This document shows positions 9,005 through 19,387 of a DNA stretch of 64,000 nucleotides, piece after piece. Source of the DNA: an uncultured Candidatus Entotheonella sp. GTDB taxonomy: Bacteria; Tectomicrobia; Entotheonellia; Entotheonellales; Entotheonellaceae. Position 1 is the stretch's first letter, and each line of letters begins with the position of its first letter. The translations under genes and the position numbers were made by a program. The notes beneath the pieces are model-generated. The model was not told the origin of the DNA, did not search any database, and worked only from the letters and a program-made list of their open reading frames with translations. Location: NCBI GenBank assembly GCA_965215335.1, contig CBDCDA010000001.1:576001-640000 (forward strand), written 5' to 3'.

Positions 9005-9961
9005 TCACAGGCCGAGCGCCTCTACCTGCGAATCAATCCCGATATGTAACGTTTTGACAATCTCCACCACCGCCGTCCCCTCATCCGTGCGGGTGAGATT
9101 GTACCAAGACAAGCCCGGCAACTTGGAAAACCACGTCAACTGCCGTTTGGCAAAACGCCGCGTCGCCTGCTTGATGGTATCGACAGCTTCCTGCCATCCG
9201 GTTCGACCTGCCAGATAGCCCACCAATTCCCGGTAGCCAAGACCATTCATCACTGCACAGGTCTCCGTGTAGCCACGCGCCATCAGCATCTCGACTTCCG
9301 ACAGCCAACCCGCCGCAAGCATGGCCTCCGTTCGTTCCCCGATACGGGCATAGAGCTCGGCACGGTCGCGCGTCAGGGCAATTCCCACATACGGATACAA
9401 CGGCTCGCGCGCCTGGTGCCGGGAACAGTGTTCGGAAAACGGCACGCCGGTCAGGTAGGTCACCTCCAAGGCTCTCACAACACGCACACGGTCATGCACA
9501 TGGCAGATTGCCGCCGCGGTTGGGTCGACCCGCTCCAACAAGTCGTGCAACGCGGTGTTTCCGTATCGGTCGGCATAGGCACACAATTCAGCCCGCAAGG
9601 GCGCATGCGCTGACGGAACCGGCATGAGGCCGTAAAGCAGCGCCTGCAGGTACAGCCCACTGCCCGCGACAATCACTGCACGCCGTCCGCGTCGCCTGAT
9701 GTCATCAAGGGCTTGCCGTGCAAGGTCGGCGCACCGGGCCGCGTTGCCCGATTGGTCCGGCAGGAGCACGTCGAGCAGATGGTGAGGCACTTCAGCTTGT
9801 TGGGAGGGAGTCGGTTTCGCGGTGCCGATGTCCATGTAGCGGTACATCTGTCGCGAATCGATATTGACGACCTCGGCACGGATTTTCTGGGCGAGGCGAA
9901 GAGAAAGGGCAGTCTTGCCCACCGCAGTGGGACCGACTATGACGACCAACGGGGCGACCAT
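9005..9961 (-). CDS. miaA: tRNA dimethylallyltransferase
   Basis: GPTAVGKT, DSRQMYRYMDIGTAKP, TRRFAKRQLTWF. Confidence 0.97.
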   Translation of the reverse strand: MVAPLVVIVGPTAVGKTALSLRLAQKIRAEVVNIDSRQMYRYMDIGTAKPTPSQQAEVPHHLLDVLLPDQSGNAARCADLARQALDDIRRRGRRAVIVAGSGLYLQALLYGLMPVPSAHAPLRAELCAYADRYGNTALHDLLERVDPTAAAICHVHDRVRVVRALEVTYLTGVPFSEHCSRHQAREPLYPYVGIALTRDRAELYARIGERTEAMLAAGWLSEVEMLMARGYTETCAVMNGLGYRELVGYLAGRTGWQEAVDTIKQATRRFAKRQLTWFSKLPGLSWYNLTRTDEGTAVVEIVKTLHIGIDSQVEALGL

Positions 9962-10133
9962 CTAGTCACCTGGAACTAAACACCAGACCCATCCCTAAAA
10001 AACAGCAGCCCTGACTGACCAGATGCCAAGCGGCCGCCCATCCGGTGCGTGTGTAGCACTCCAGTGTCCGTACGAATCGGGCAACGAATTTTGCGACATT
10101 GTGGCATAAAACAAAAGGGCGAGACAGATAAAA

Positions 10134-10409
10134 CTATCGGTCTACGACTTCCCGAAGTTCCCTCCCGGCCTTAAAAAAGGGCACTTTCTTGGCGGGAATC
10201 TGGACCGTATCGCCAGTTTTGGGATTGCGCCCTTCGCGGGCATGGCGGCTTCGGGTTCGGAAACTGCCGAAGCCTCGCAGCTCGACTTTGTCGCCCTCCT
10301 TCAAGGCATCGGTAATACACGTGAACAGAATGTTGACGATGGCCTCGGTTTGCTTCTTGGTAAGGTGAATTTTGTCGGCAACTCTGCCAGCAAGTTCTGC
10401 TTTTGTCAT
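10134..10409 (-). CDS. ihfB: HU/IHF family DNA-binding protein (IHF beta-like)
   Basis: MTKAEL, VELRGFGSF, GRNPKTG, PFFKAGREL. Position downstream of rpsA favours IHF beta. Confidence 0.8.
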   Translation of the reverse strand: MTKAELAGRVADKIHLTKKQTEAIVNILFTCITDALKEGDKVELRGFGSFRTRSRHAREGRNPKTGDTVQIPAKKVPFFKAGRELREVVDR

Positions 10410-10634
10410 GTATATCCGGCCTCACCGAAGAAAATACTCAACCAGAGGACCTTTGATCACTGCCTCCGTCTATGTTGCCGTCGCCACGCCTGATCACAGG
10501 GACAAGAAAACCCCGCCTCGACCCAGCTGCATGAAAAGCGCTGGGGCTGAACGTGTTTTTCCTTTGTCGGTCTTGTTCAGGTCGGGTTCGGGGTTGTGTG
10601 GTATGAGGCCTGTCTGCGGCCGAAGATGACGTTC

Positions 10635-12467
10635 TTAGCCTTCCAGTTCCTGCTGCTCCTGTTCTCTCATGGCGTCCGCCAAAGCCGATTGCAGACCCGA
10701 CATCGACTCCGACACGGCGTCGTCCGTTGTCACGACTTCGAGGGGCAGATTCTCGCCATCCGGCTCTTCTTGGCGCTCAGCCTCCTCCGTCATGGCACGA
10801 ATGCTGAGACCAATCTTGCGCGTTGCAACTTCGATCTTGATGATCTTGGTGTCGAGATCCTGACCCACCGAGACGACTTCCTCGGGATCCGTGACTTTGC
10901 CCTGGCCAAGCTCGGAAAGATGAATAAGGCCTTCCACGCCGTCCTCGAGTTCCGCGAACGCCCCGAAGTTGGTGATCTTGACGATCTTCACCCGCACTTC
11001 CTGTCCAACCTGGTAGTTCGTTTCGACCAGCGTCCAGGGGTCGGGTTCCATCTGCTTCAGGCCGAGGGACAAGCGTTCGTTCTCTTTGTCAACATTGAGC
11101 ACTACGGCGCAAACACGCTGACCCTTCTTGAGGATCTCGGACGGATGCTTGACCCGCTGCGTCCACGACATGTCGGAGATATGAATCAGACCATCGATCC
11201 CCTCTTCCAACGCGATGAACGCCCCGAAATCGGTCAGGTTTCGCACCTTGCCTTCGATCTCGCCACCCACGGGATAACGCTCGTCAACCGTCGTCCACGG
11301 ATTCGGCTCAATTTGCTTCATACCCAAGGAGATGCGTTTCCTTTCCTTGTCGACACTCAGAACGACGGCCTCGATGATGTCGCCGATATTGACGATCTTT
11401 GAAGGGTGTCGGGTACGTCGCGCCCACGACATCTGCGAGACGTGGACGAGTCCTTCGATGCCCTCTTCCAATTCGATAAACGCGCCGTAATCGGTGATGC
11501 TGACAACCCTGCCGGACACCCTGGATTCCTCGGGGTATTTCTCGGTAACATTCGTCCAAGGGTCGGGCGTCGTCTGTTTGAGGCCAAGCGACACACGCTC
11601 GTGTTCCTGGTCGAATTTAAGGACCATGACGGTGACGTTGTCGCCAATGGCAAACAGTTCGGAGGGATGACTGACGCGGCCCCAGGACATGTCGGTGATG
11701 TGGAGAAGCCCGTCAATGCCACCAAGGTCGATAAAGGCACCGTACTCGGTGATGTTCTTGACCACGCCTGCAACCGTCTGCCCCTCGGCCAACGAGGCCA
11801 ACGTTTTCTCCTTGGCTTGCTGCCGCTCCTCCTCAAGCAGGACGCGGCGCGACAGGACGATGTTGCCACGACGTTTGTTCAGCTTGATGATGCGCATCTG
11901 CAGTTTTTCGCCAATGAGCTTGTCGAGGTTACGAACGGGCCGCAGGTCGATCTGCGATCCGGGCAGAAACGCCTTGAGGCCGATGTCAACCGTCAAACCG
12001 CCCTTGATGCGCGCGATAACCACGCCCTCGACAACTTCGTCCCGGTCGTAGCGCCGGCTGATCTCGTCCCAGACTTTGATGCGGTTCGCCTTTTCCTTGG
12101 AGAGGACGACCTGGCCCTCGCTGTCTTCCTTTTCTTCAAGCAGAACGTCCACTTCCTCGCCAACCTGAAGCTGGCTTCCATGGTCGGGGAATTCGTCCAG
12201 ATCAATTGTACCTTCGGACTTGTAGCCGACATCTACCAGCACGGTGTCCCGTCCGATATGCACCACACGCCCACGGACAATCTCGCCTTCCTGGATGTGT
12301 TTGAGGCTTTCCTCATAGAGCTTTTCCAGTTCTTCGCTGCTGCTGACGTCCTCGACAACGGCTGCCTCGCTGGCCTCTGGCACAGGCACCGGTTCTTGCG
12401 CCCCCTGTTCCACCGCCTCTGGTGCTCCCTGCTCTATGGCCTCAACTTGCCCCGGTTTGTCAGTCAT
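10635..12467 (-). CDS. rpsA: 30S ribosomal protein S1
   Basis: Six S1 repeats (AFLPGSQ, DGLLHITDMSW, EGLVHVS). ATG at 12467 follows AGGAGG. Confidence 0.97.
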   Translation of the reverse strand: MTDKPGQVEAIEQGAPEAVEQGAQEPVPVPEASEAAVVEDVSSSEELEKLYEESLKHIQEGEIVRGRVVHIGRDTVLVDVGYKSEGTIDLDEFPDHGSQLQVGEEVDVLLEEKEDSEGQVVLSKEKANRIKVWDEISRRYDRDEVVEGVVIARIKGGLTVDIGLKAFLPGSQIDLRPVRNLDKLIGEKLQMRIIKLNKRRGNIVLSRRVLLEEERQQAKEKTLASLAEGQTVAGVVKNITEYGAFIDLGGIDGLLHITDMSWGRVSHPSELFAIGDNVTVMVLKFDQEHERVSLGLKQTTPDPWTNVTEKYPEESRVSGRVVSITDYGAFIELEEGIEGLVHVSQMSWARRTRHPSKIVNIGDIIEAVVLSVDKERKRISLGMKQIEPNPWTTVDERYPVGGEIEGKVRNLTDFGAFIALEEGIDGLIHISDMSWTQRVKHPSEILKKGQRVCAVVLNVDKENERLSLGLKQMEPDPWTLVETNYQVGQEVRVKIVKITNFGAFAELEDGVEGLIHLSELGQGKVTDPEEVVSVGQDLDTKIIKIEVATRKIGLSIRAMTEEAERQEEPDGENLPLEVVTTDDAVSESMSGLQSALADAMREQEQQELEG

Positions 12468-12562
12468 AGGAATTCCAGCCTCCTGATTAACTACGGATCG
12501 CAACGCTGAGACGACATGACCGTGCCACACTCAAGGCCAAGGCGCGCGTGCAGGCTCAATCG

Positions 12563-13255
12563 TTACCCCGCAGGATGTTGGTGTTGCGTCCCTGATACCA
12601 TAGTCTGCACGACATCGTCAACAGAGAAATCCGCCGTATCGATAACGTGTGCGTCCGCCGCCGGAAGCAGCGGTGCAAGGGTGCGGGTGCGGTCCTGCTC
12701 ATCGCGTTCGGCAAGGGCCTGCCTGACCCCTTCGAGCGTGTCACCGTGGCCCGTCTGGCGCATTTCCTGCCACCGCCGTCGCGCTCTGACATCGAGCGAG
12801 GCATCCAGGAAAAACTTGACGTCCGCATCCGGAAACACGACCGTGCCAATGTCTCGCCCCTCCATGACCAAGCTCCCCTGACAGCGCAGGCGGCGCAAGT
12901 GCAACGTGACGACCTGGCGCACCACCGACAGGGTGGCAACTGCCGAGGCCGCCCTGCCCACGGCTTCCCCGGCCAACGCCTCCGAAATATCTCGCCCGTT
13001 CACCCAAACGGCGGATCGCCCGGGGCGAAGCGCGATAGCGATCGGGGTTTCCGCCACAAGCGCGGCAATACGGTCGCCGTCTCGCAGGGACACCCCGTGC
13101 GATTCCACAAGCCAGCCGACGGCGCGATACATGGCTCCCGATGGCGCGTAGTGGAAACCGAGCGCTCGGGCCAACTTTTTGGCCGCCACACTCTTGCCGA
13201 CCCCGGAGGGGCCGTCGATGGCCACGATTATCGGCTCAGAGAACTCGCCCGCCAT
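12563..13255 (-). CDS. cmk: Cytidylate kinase
   Basis: AIDGPSGVGKS, GAMYRA, VMEGRDIGTVVFPDA. Upstream of rpsA. Confidence 0.95.
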   Translation of the reverse strand: MAGEFSEPIIVAIDGPSGVGKSVAAKKLARALGFHYAPSGAMYRAVGWLVESHGVSLRDGDRIAALVAETPIAIALRPGRSAVWVNGRDISEALAGEAVGRAASAVATLSVVRQVVTLHLRRLRCQGSLVMEGRDIGTVVFPDADVKFFLDASLDVRARRRWQEMRQTGHGDTLEGVRQALAERDEQDRTRTLAPLLPAADAHVIDTADFSVDDVVQTMVSGTQHQHPAG

Positions 13256-13438
13256 CAGATGCCTTTCGCATATTGCAGGACTGCAGAAGGAGAATGACAA
13301 ATCAATGGAAATATCGGGGCCGCGACACGTCTTGTTGTCGGTTTTGCGCGATGATATGCTGCCCCTATCTCAGCTATCTCAGCGCCGCAACGGCAGGCAC
13401 CCTCGCCGAAACCCATTACCGGCTGCGAGACGACACGG

Positions 13439-13732
13439 ATGCCCGAAGCCGCTCCCCCGACAGTCGAGATATTGAGCAAGGCCGACTGCCACCTCTGCCA
13501 CGAAGCAAAAGCACTCCTGCAACAGCTTCAGGCCAGGCACTCATTTTCCCTGCATGAGGTGGATATCATGACGCAGACGGACCTGCTGGAATGTTACCGG
13601 GAAGAGATTCCCGTCGTCTTCATCAATGGCCGCAAAGCTTTCAAGTATCGCGTTGATCCGAACCAGTTTGTCCGCGCGTTGCGCCGGGCCCGGCCGCGGC
13701 GTTGGCGCCTGCCTTGGACACGGGAATCCTGA
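13439..13732 (+). CDS. Glutaredoxin-like protein (DUF836)
   Basis: CHLC motif, EVDI, IPVVFING, FKYRVD. Confidence 0.85.
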   Translation: MPEAAPPTVEILSKADCHLCHEAKALLQQLQARHSFSLHEVDIMTQTDLLECYREEIPVVFINGRKAFKYRVDPNQFVRALRRARPRRWRLPWTRES

Positions 13733-13746
13733 CCGGCAGGAAGGCT

Positions 13747-14673
13747 CTATCGGGCGTGGAAGTGCCGTGCCTGCTGGACGTCGCAGGCAATCTGTGCGGC
13801 CAGTTCATCGACCGAGGCAAACTTCCGCTCATCCCGGATTCGGGCAACGAAGGCCACACCCAGCTGCGCGCCATACAGGTCGCCCTCGAAGTCAAGCAGA
13901 TGCGCCTCCACACTGATGGATTCGTTGCCAAACGTCGGATTGCGTCCCACGTTCGCAACGCCAGGATATTGCCGCCCCTCCCACTCCACGCGCACGGCAT
14001 ACACGCCCTCACGGGGCACGAGTTCGTGATCCACGCGGACGTTTGCGGTAGGAAAGCCGAGCTTGGCGCCGCGGCGGAAACCCTTGACGACCAGACCGGA
14101 CAGGACGTAATCCCGGCCAAGCAGACGGGCGGCCTCTTCGACCTGTCCCTTTTGCAGCAAGACACGAATCGTGGAACTGCTCACCACCGTGTCCCCCAGC
14201 TTGACCGCCGGAATGACCGTGAGCTCGTAACCATGCGCCGTGGCCTGTTGCTGGAGAAGCGACACGTTGCCGGCCCGGCAATGGCCAAAGCGGAAATCGT
14301 ATCCCACCACAAGCTCGTGAACGCCGATGCGCTCCTGCAACACGTCGCGGATGAAAGCCAGGGATTTCTGGCGGGCGAATCGTTCCGTAAAGGGAATCCA
14401 CAGCCCCACCCTGACGCCCAGGGCGCCAATCAGGCCGCGCTTCTGGGCGTTGGTGGTAAGAACCAGCGGGGCCCGCTCAGGGGCAAGCACCTTTAACGGA
14501 TGGCAGTCGAACGTGAACACCATGGGAGTGCCGCCGACCTCGTCCGCCCGGCTCACCACGTGCCGGAAAATATTCTGGTGGCCGAGATGCACACCGTCGA
14601 AATTGCCGAGAGCGAGAACGGGTTTAGGGTATGAAGCCGGTTCGATAGCAGCAAGGCTGTCATGGATCCGCAT
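13747..14673 (-). CDS. ribF: Bifunctional riboflavin kinase/FAD synthetase
   Basis: GNFDGVHLGH, GYDFRFG, VSSSTIR, LGFPTAN, EAHLLDF. Confidence 0.97.
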   Translation of the reverse strand: MRIHDSLAAIEPASYPKPVLALGNFDGVHLGHQNIFRHVVSRADEVGGTPMVFTFDCHPLKVLAPERAPLVLTTNAQKRGLIGALGVRVGLWIPFTERFARQKSLAFIRDVLQERIGVHELVVGYDFRFGHCRAGNVSLLQQQATAHGYELTVIPAVKLGDTVVSSSTIRVLLQKGQVEEAARLLGRDYVLSGLVVKGFRRGAKLGFPTANVRVDHELVPREGVYAVRVEWEGRQYPGVANVGRNPTFGNESISVEAHLLDFEGDLYGAQLGVAFVARIRDERKFASVDELAAQIACDVQQARHFHAR

Positions 14674-15050
14674 CGAGGTGTTCCGCTGATCTCTAATGTG
14701 CGTGAAGGTGGGCCGCAATCGACTTGTGACGTTGGAAAACTATAGCATAACTATCTTTGGCACCGCCCCCGACCGGCATCGCTGGCAAGGGGCAGAATGC
14801 GCTTGACAGAACCCTTTCTCCTCTGCAAGACTCGCACCTTCTGCTGGGTTGGATGCCAAGGTACACCTTTACGCTTGCCACACCACCTGTCATCAATTCA
14901 CCAACAGTCATCCGAACATCCGTCAGCGTGACCATCCGGCTATGCTTTGGCTCAGCAAGAAGTCACGCACCGGCCTGCACCAGACGGGCCGTTGAATGGT
15001 TCGTTGCCGGTGCGCCTGCCAGCGAGAGCGGCAACGACGAAAGGGGGTTA

Positions 15051-16655
15051 ATGAGCATGCAACGCGGTAGCCGCATGCACGCACCGGAGTCGATATTCGC
15101 CGCGGTCCGGTCCTTGCTCGTGCTGATTGCCTGCTTGAGCAATGCCGGGTGGCCCGCCGCGCTGGCGCAGGCGCAGCAACGTGAGATGGAACTGTCCCTG
15201 CGCGCGGCCACCGCCTTTGCCCTGCAAGGCAATCTGAACATTCAAATCGCCGGCCTGGAGCCTCGCATCCGGGAGGCGCAGGTGGCCGCTGAGGAAGGGA
15301 TCTTCGACATCCAGATGCACGCTTCGGCCACCGCGTCAAACTCCCGTCTCCTTTCCACCTCGCCTTTCTTCCAGGAATTCATCAACGATTCCGTCGCCCA
15401 GGACAACACGCAGGAACAGGCGATCCGTTTCGGGTTGTCGCGCCTCAACCGCTGGGGCGGCACGTACGGCGTGGAACTTTCGGAGGCGCACGTGGACTCC
15501 ACCCGGCGCGTGCCTGCCCGTCCTGACACGCCCCCGCCGCCGCTGCGCAATGCCTTCAACACCGCCGAGCTGCAGGTCAAAGTCACCCAACCCTTGCTGA
15601 AGAACTTCGGCTCGACCGTCACCAACAACCGTATCGTCATCGCGCAAAACAACCTGTCGATGTCCCAGGAGGATTTCCGGCAGCAAATCACCGGCGTCAC
15701 CGCTCAGGTCCAGCGGGCCTACTGGGACCTGGTGTTTCGCCGCCAGGATCTGGAAGTGCGGCGCCAGCAGCGGGCCCTGGCGGAACAACTCCTGGATCAG
15801 ATTCGCAAGCAGGTGGCCGTCGGCACCCTGGCACCCATCGAAGTGCTGCAGGCCGAAACGGAAATTGCCCGCGTCGAAGAGCGCATCCTCGTTGCCGAGA
15901 ACACGCTGCGGGCAACGGAAGACCGGCTCAAGCGCATCATGAATTTCAGCTTGCTCGGCGAATTGGCGGACGTCGTGCTGTTGCCCGTTGATACCCCGAC
16001 CTACGACGCCCGCGATCTCAACCAGGAAGAGCAGATTCGCCAGGCCCTGGAGCAACGCGTCGCCCTCACGCAGGCGAAGCTGATACTGGAAAACCAGCGC
16101 GTCACGCTGATCTTCAGCCAGAACCAGGCCCTGCCCACCCTCGACCTGGAGACGAGCCTGCGCATCAACGGCATCAGCAAGAACTTCGCGGACCACCTCG
16201 GCGAGGTCGACCCGGGCAAGCGGTACCGCTGGGACGTCAGCCTGCAATTCAGCCAGCCATTGGGCAACCGGCAGGCCAAGAATCGCGTCACGCAGTCCCG
16301 GCTGGCCATCCGCCAGCAGATGCTGCGCATCAAGGACCTGGAAGAAGAAATCATCCGACAGGTCCGCGCCGCCGTGCGCGACGTGATGACCCATGCCCAG
16401 CGGGTGCGGGCCTCGCGCGTGTCGAGCCAACTGGCGCAGAAACAACTCGAGGCCGAGGAGAAAAAGATGCAGGTCGGCCTGTCAACCGTGTTCACGGTAC
16501 TGGATTTCCAGGAAGACCTGAGCGTCGAGCGCTCGAAGGAGATCAATGCCCTGACCGACTACCTGCAAGCCCGCATCCACCTCGAAGCGGTCAAGGGCAC
16601 ACTCCTGAGTTCCTATAACATCATCCTGCAACCGGACGGCCCGCGCCTGCAGTGA
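15051..16655 (+). CDS. TolC-family outer membrane efflux protein
   Basis: Two OEP repeats (QPLLKNFG, AYWDL, G..APIEVLQAE, PLGNR, GLSTVFTVL). Start chosen after AAGGGGG and uncertain. Confidence 0.85.
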   Translation: MSMQRGSRMHAPESIFAAVRSLLVLIACLSNAGWPAALAQAQQREMELSLRAATAFALQGNLNIQIAGLEPRIREAQVAAEEGIFDIQMHASATASNSRLLSTSPFFQEFINDSVAQDNTQEQAIRFGLSRLNRWGGTYGVELSEAHVDSTRRVPARPDTPPPPLRNAFNTAELQVKVTQPLLKNFGSTVTNNRIVIAQNNLSMSQEDFRQQITGVTAQVQRAYWDLVFRRQDLEVRRQQRALAEQLLDQIRKQVAVGTLAPIEVLQAETEIARVEERILVAENTLRATEDRLKRIMNFSLLGELADVVLLPVDTPTYDARDLNQEEQIRQALEQRVALTQAKLILENQRVTLIFSQNQALPTLDLETSLRINGISKNFADHLGEVDPGKRYRWDVSLQFSQPLGNRQAKNRVTQSRLAIRQQMLRIKDLEEEIIRQVRAAVRDVMTHAQRVRASRVSSQLAQKQLEAEEKKMQVGLSTVFTVLDFQEDLSVERSKEINALTDYLQARIHLEAVKGTLLSSYNIILQPDGPRLQ

Positions 16656-16682
16656 CGCCGCGCGGCCAGGTAGAGGCGCATC

Positions 16683-17123
16683 ATGCGGATACTGGGTTTG
16701 GACGTTGGCGACCGTCGCATCGGGGTTGCGGTAAGCGACGAGCTGTCTCTGTTCGCTCAAGGGCTGTTCGTTCTCGAACGTCGCAATCCCGTCGCCGACG
16801 TGGCTGCGTTGCGGGAGGTCATGAGTGAGTATGACGTCACCCGGGTCGTCGTAGGCATGCCTCGGAACATGAATGGCTCGTACGGTCCGCAAGCGGACAA
16901 AACGGCGGTCTTCATCGACCGCCTCGAACAGTCCTGCAACCTACCCTGTATCGCCTGGGATGAACGCCTCACCACACAGCAGGCCGAGCGCGTGCTGGTC
17001 GCCGCCAATCAGCGGCGCCGCAAGCGCAAGGCCGTGCGGGACAAACTCGCCGCGCAGCTCGTCCTGCAAAGCTATCTCGACCACCAGCGCCTGACCGCCA
17101 AGACCCAACCCGCTCAAGCGTGA
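16683..17123 (+). CDS. ruvX: Pre-16S rRNA nuclease YqgF/RuvX
   Basis: ILGLDVGDRRIGVAVSD, VVGMP, WDERLTT, DKLAAQLVLQSYLD. Confidence 0.95.
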   Translation: MRILGLDVGDRRIGVAVSDELSLFAQGLFVLERRNPVADVAALREVMSEYDVTRVVVGMPRNMNGSYGPQADKTAVFIDRLEQSCNLPCIAWDERLTTQQAERVLVAANQRRRKRKAVRDKLAAQLVLQSYLDHQRLTAKTQPAQA

Positions 17124-18154
17124 GGGACAGCCCCGTGCCGCACGCCTGCCGCTTTGCCGGGCAATGCCTGTCGATTTTGAGCTTGTCCGCATTTCTCGTC
17201 CTCCTGGGCCTTTTGGGCGTCTGGATTCTCGTTCACCAGCCGGCCGCCATCGAAGAAAGGGAACAAGTCATCCAGGTGAGCCGGGGCGCGGGCCTGCGGC
17301 AGATCGCCAGTCAGCTGCATGAGGCCGGTTTGATTCGTCATCCGCTACCGTTCGTCCTGTATGCCAAGGCCAGACGCATGGCGCCGCGCCTGCAGGCCGG
17401 GGAGTATGCGCTGAGCGCCAACATGTCCCCGGTCGAGGTCCTCGACATCCTGTACCACGGCAGGGTCATGCATCACGCCTTGACCATTCCCGAAGGCGCG
17501 ACGCTGCGCGACATTGCGGCGTTGGCGGCGGCCAAGGGCATGGGCAGTGAACGGCGCGTGCTTGAACTCGGCTCCGACGCCGCTTTCATAGCGTCCCTCG
17601 GTCTCACCGTATCGTCTCTCGAGGGGTATTTGTTTCCGGATACGTATCACGTGACGCGGGACATGGATGAAGCGGACCTCCTGGCGCTCATGGTGCGGAC
17701 CTTCCAACAGAATTACCCGGCGGAAATCACCGCCAAGGCCGAACGTCTGGCGTTGTCGCAGCACGCCGTCGTGACGCTCGCATCACTGATCGAAAAGGAG
17801 GCCCAACTCGACTCGGAGCGCGCGCTCATCGCTGCCGTGTTTCACAACCGGTTGCGGCGCGGCATGCGCCTGCAATGCGATTCCACGGTGATTTACGCAC
17901 TCGGCGAGGCTTTCAACGGCAACCTGAGAAAGGCCGATTTGCAGATCGACTCGCCTTACAACACCTACCGCCATGCCGGGTTGCCGCCCGGCCCCATCGC
18001 CAACCCCGGCAGACGCTCGATCGCCGCGGCGGTGGCGCCGGCCGCCGTGAAGTACTTGTATTTCGTGGCGACCAGGGAGAACGGCGCCCACCACTTTTCC
18101 AACACGCTGAAAGAACACAACCGGGCCGTGCGGAAGTACCAGCTCAATCGTTAG
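17120..18154 (+). CDS. mltG: Endolytic transglycosylase MltG
   Basis: TIPEG, LEGYLFPDTY, LASLIEKE, SPYNTY, GLPPGPIANPG. Confidence 0.95.
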   Translation: MRDSPVPHACRFAGQCLSILSLSAFLVLLGLLGVWILVHQPAAIEEREQVIQVSRGAGLRQIASQLHEAGLIRHPLPFVLYAKARRMAPRLQAGEYALSANMSPVEVLDILYHGRVMHHALTIPEGATLRDIAALAAAKGMGSERRVLELGSDAAFIASLGLTVSSLEGYLFPDTYHVTRDMDEADLLALMVRTFQQNYPAEITAKAERLALSQHAVVTLASLIEKEAQLDSERALIAAVFHNRLRRGMRLQCDSTVIYALGEAFNGNLRKADLQIDSPYNTYRHAGLPPGPIANPGRRSIAAAVAPAAVKYLYFVATRENGAHHFSNTLKEHNRAVRKYQLNR

Positions 18155-19340
18155 CCTCCTGCCCGCCGTCGTTGCCAGGCACGCCCAAGCCTGCCCACCC
18201 GATGCGCAGCGAACCGTGCACGTGGCGGCGCAAGAGCAACGCCGTGAGACCCAGCATGCACAGGTTGGGCAGCCAGGCCGCGAGCATGGGCGACAGCCTG
18301 CTAGCCTCGCCCAGCGCGTCGCTGGCACTGAGCAGGACGTAATAGACGAAGATGCCGGCGATGCTGAGCAGATACCCCGCCGAACGGCCGGAACGGGTCT
18401 GGGTAGCGCCCAGTGCCGGGCCGAGGCCCGCGAAGACGATGCACGCAAAGGGAAGCGCGAAAAGCTTGTGCCAGAACAGCCGGAGGGCTCTGGCATCTTC
18501 ACCGAGCGCCTCTCGGCGGGCGATTTCCGCCCGCAGTTGATGGGGGAACAGTTCGCGCACGCCAGCGGAGCCGGTCGATTGGCGCGCCAATCGGGTGTCG
18601 AGGTCGAGCACCACGTCATACCGCCCGAAGTGCACCAGATGATAGCGCCCGTCCGCAGGCGCAAAGCGATGAATGACGCCCTTGCCGAGGCGCAAGACAA
18701 CCTGCAGCGCTTCCGGCTGGACGAGCAGTTCGCCCTGCTCGGCCGTAATCACCTGCGTGATTTGCGAGCGGTTGTCGGCGACAAAAATCCCCTCGAAACG
18801 GTGTGCCCGGGGACGAATGCGTTCAACGTAGAATACCAGCCCCTTGAAGGCGTCGTTGAATTCCTGTGGCCTCAGGTGATAGTAGGCACGGTCCCGTACG
18901 ATATCGAAAACGAGCCGCTGCAGGCCCTGGAAGCCCCACGGCGACACGTACATGAGGGCAAACGCCGACAGGGCGTAGGCCGCCACGGCAGCCATGAAAA
19001 AGGGCAGCAATAGACGATAGACGCTGATCCCCGCAGCGCGCAGAACCACGAGCTCGTTGTCGGCTGACATGCGGTGAAGGGTCAGCGTGCAGCCCATCAG
19101 GAACCCGATGGGCAGCGTCAGGCCGCTGACGGTAGGCAGGGTATAACAAAGCAGCCGCCACGACATGCCGACGTCGAGGCGATTTTGCAGCACGAGGCTT
19201 GCCATCCACAGGAGCTTGTCGAGAAAGAAGACCCCGGTTGCCACCCCGAGGGCAACCAGGGTCAGGGGAATGATCTCCCGGATGATATGGCGATCAATGA
19301 TACGCACGGCGACCGCTTCCCTTTCGTAGCCGCCCGACAC
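18144..19340 (-). CDS. LptF/LptG family LPS export permease
   Basis: IIDRHIIRE, RMSADNELVVLRAAGIS, periplasmic beta domain, AAWLPN. Confidence 0.9.
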   Translation of the reverse strand: MSGGYEREAVAVRIIDRHIIREIIPLTLVALGVATGVFFLDKLLWMASLVLQNRLDVGMSWRLLCYTLPTVSGLTLPIGFLMGCTLTLHRMSADNELVVLRAAGISVYRLLLPFFMAAVAAYALSAFALMYVSPWGFQGLQRLVFDIVRDRAYYHLRPQEFNDAFKGLVFYVERIRPRAHRFEGIFVADNRSQITQVITAEQGELLVQPEALQVVLRLGKGVIHRFAPADGRYHLVHFGRYDVVLDLDTRLARQSTGSAGVRELFPHQLRAEIARREALGEDARALRLFWHKLFALPFACIVFAGLGPALGATQTRSGRSAGYLLSIAGIFVYYVLLSASDALGEASRLSPMLAAWLPNLCMLGLTALLLRRHVHGSLRIGWAGLGVPGNDGGQEAND

Positions 19341-19387
19341 GCCGGGTCTGAACGGCAGCAGAACCAGGGTGCTGGTGGGGCCGAGTC

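Noticed and set aside
10410..10634. Possible ncRNA or sppA remnant between rpsA and ihfB
   Set aside because: Only weak hairpins, with no recognisable RNA family or protein motif
12395..12445. EAIEQGAP/EAVEQGAQ repeat in the S1 N-terminus
   Set aside because: Short imperfect duplication in a disordered tail with no evident significance
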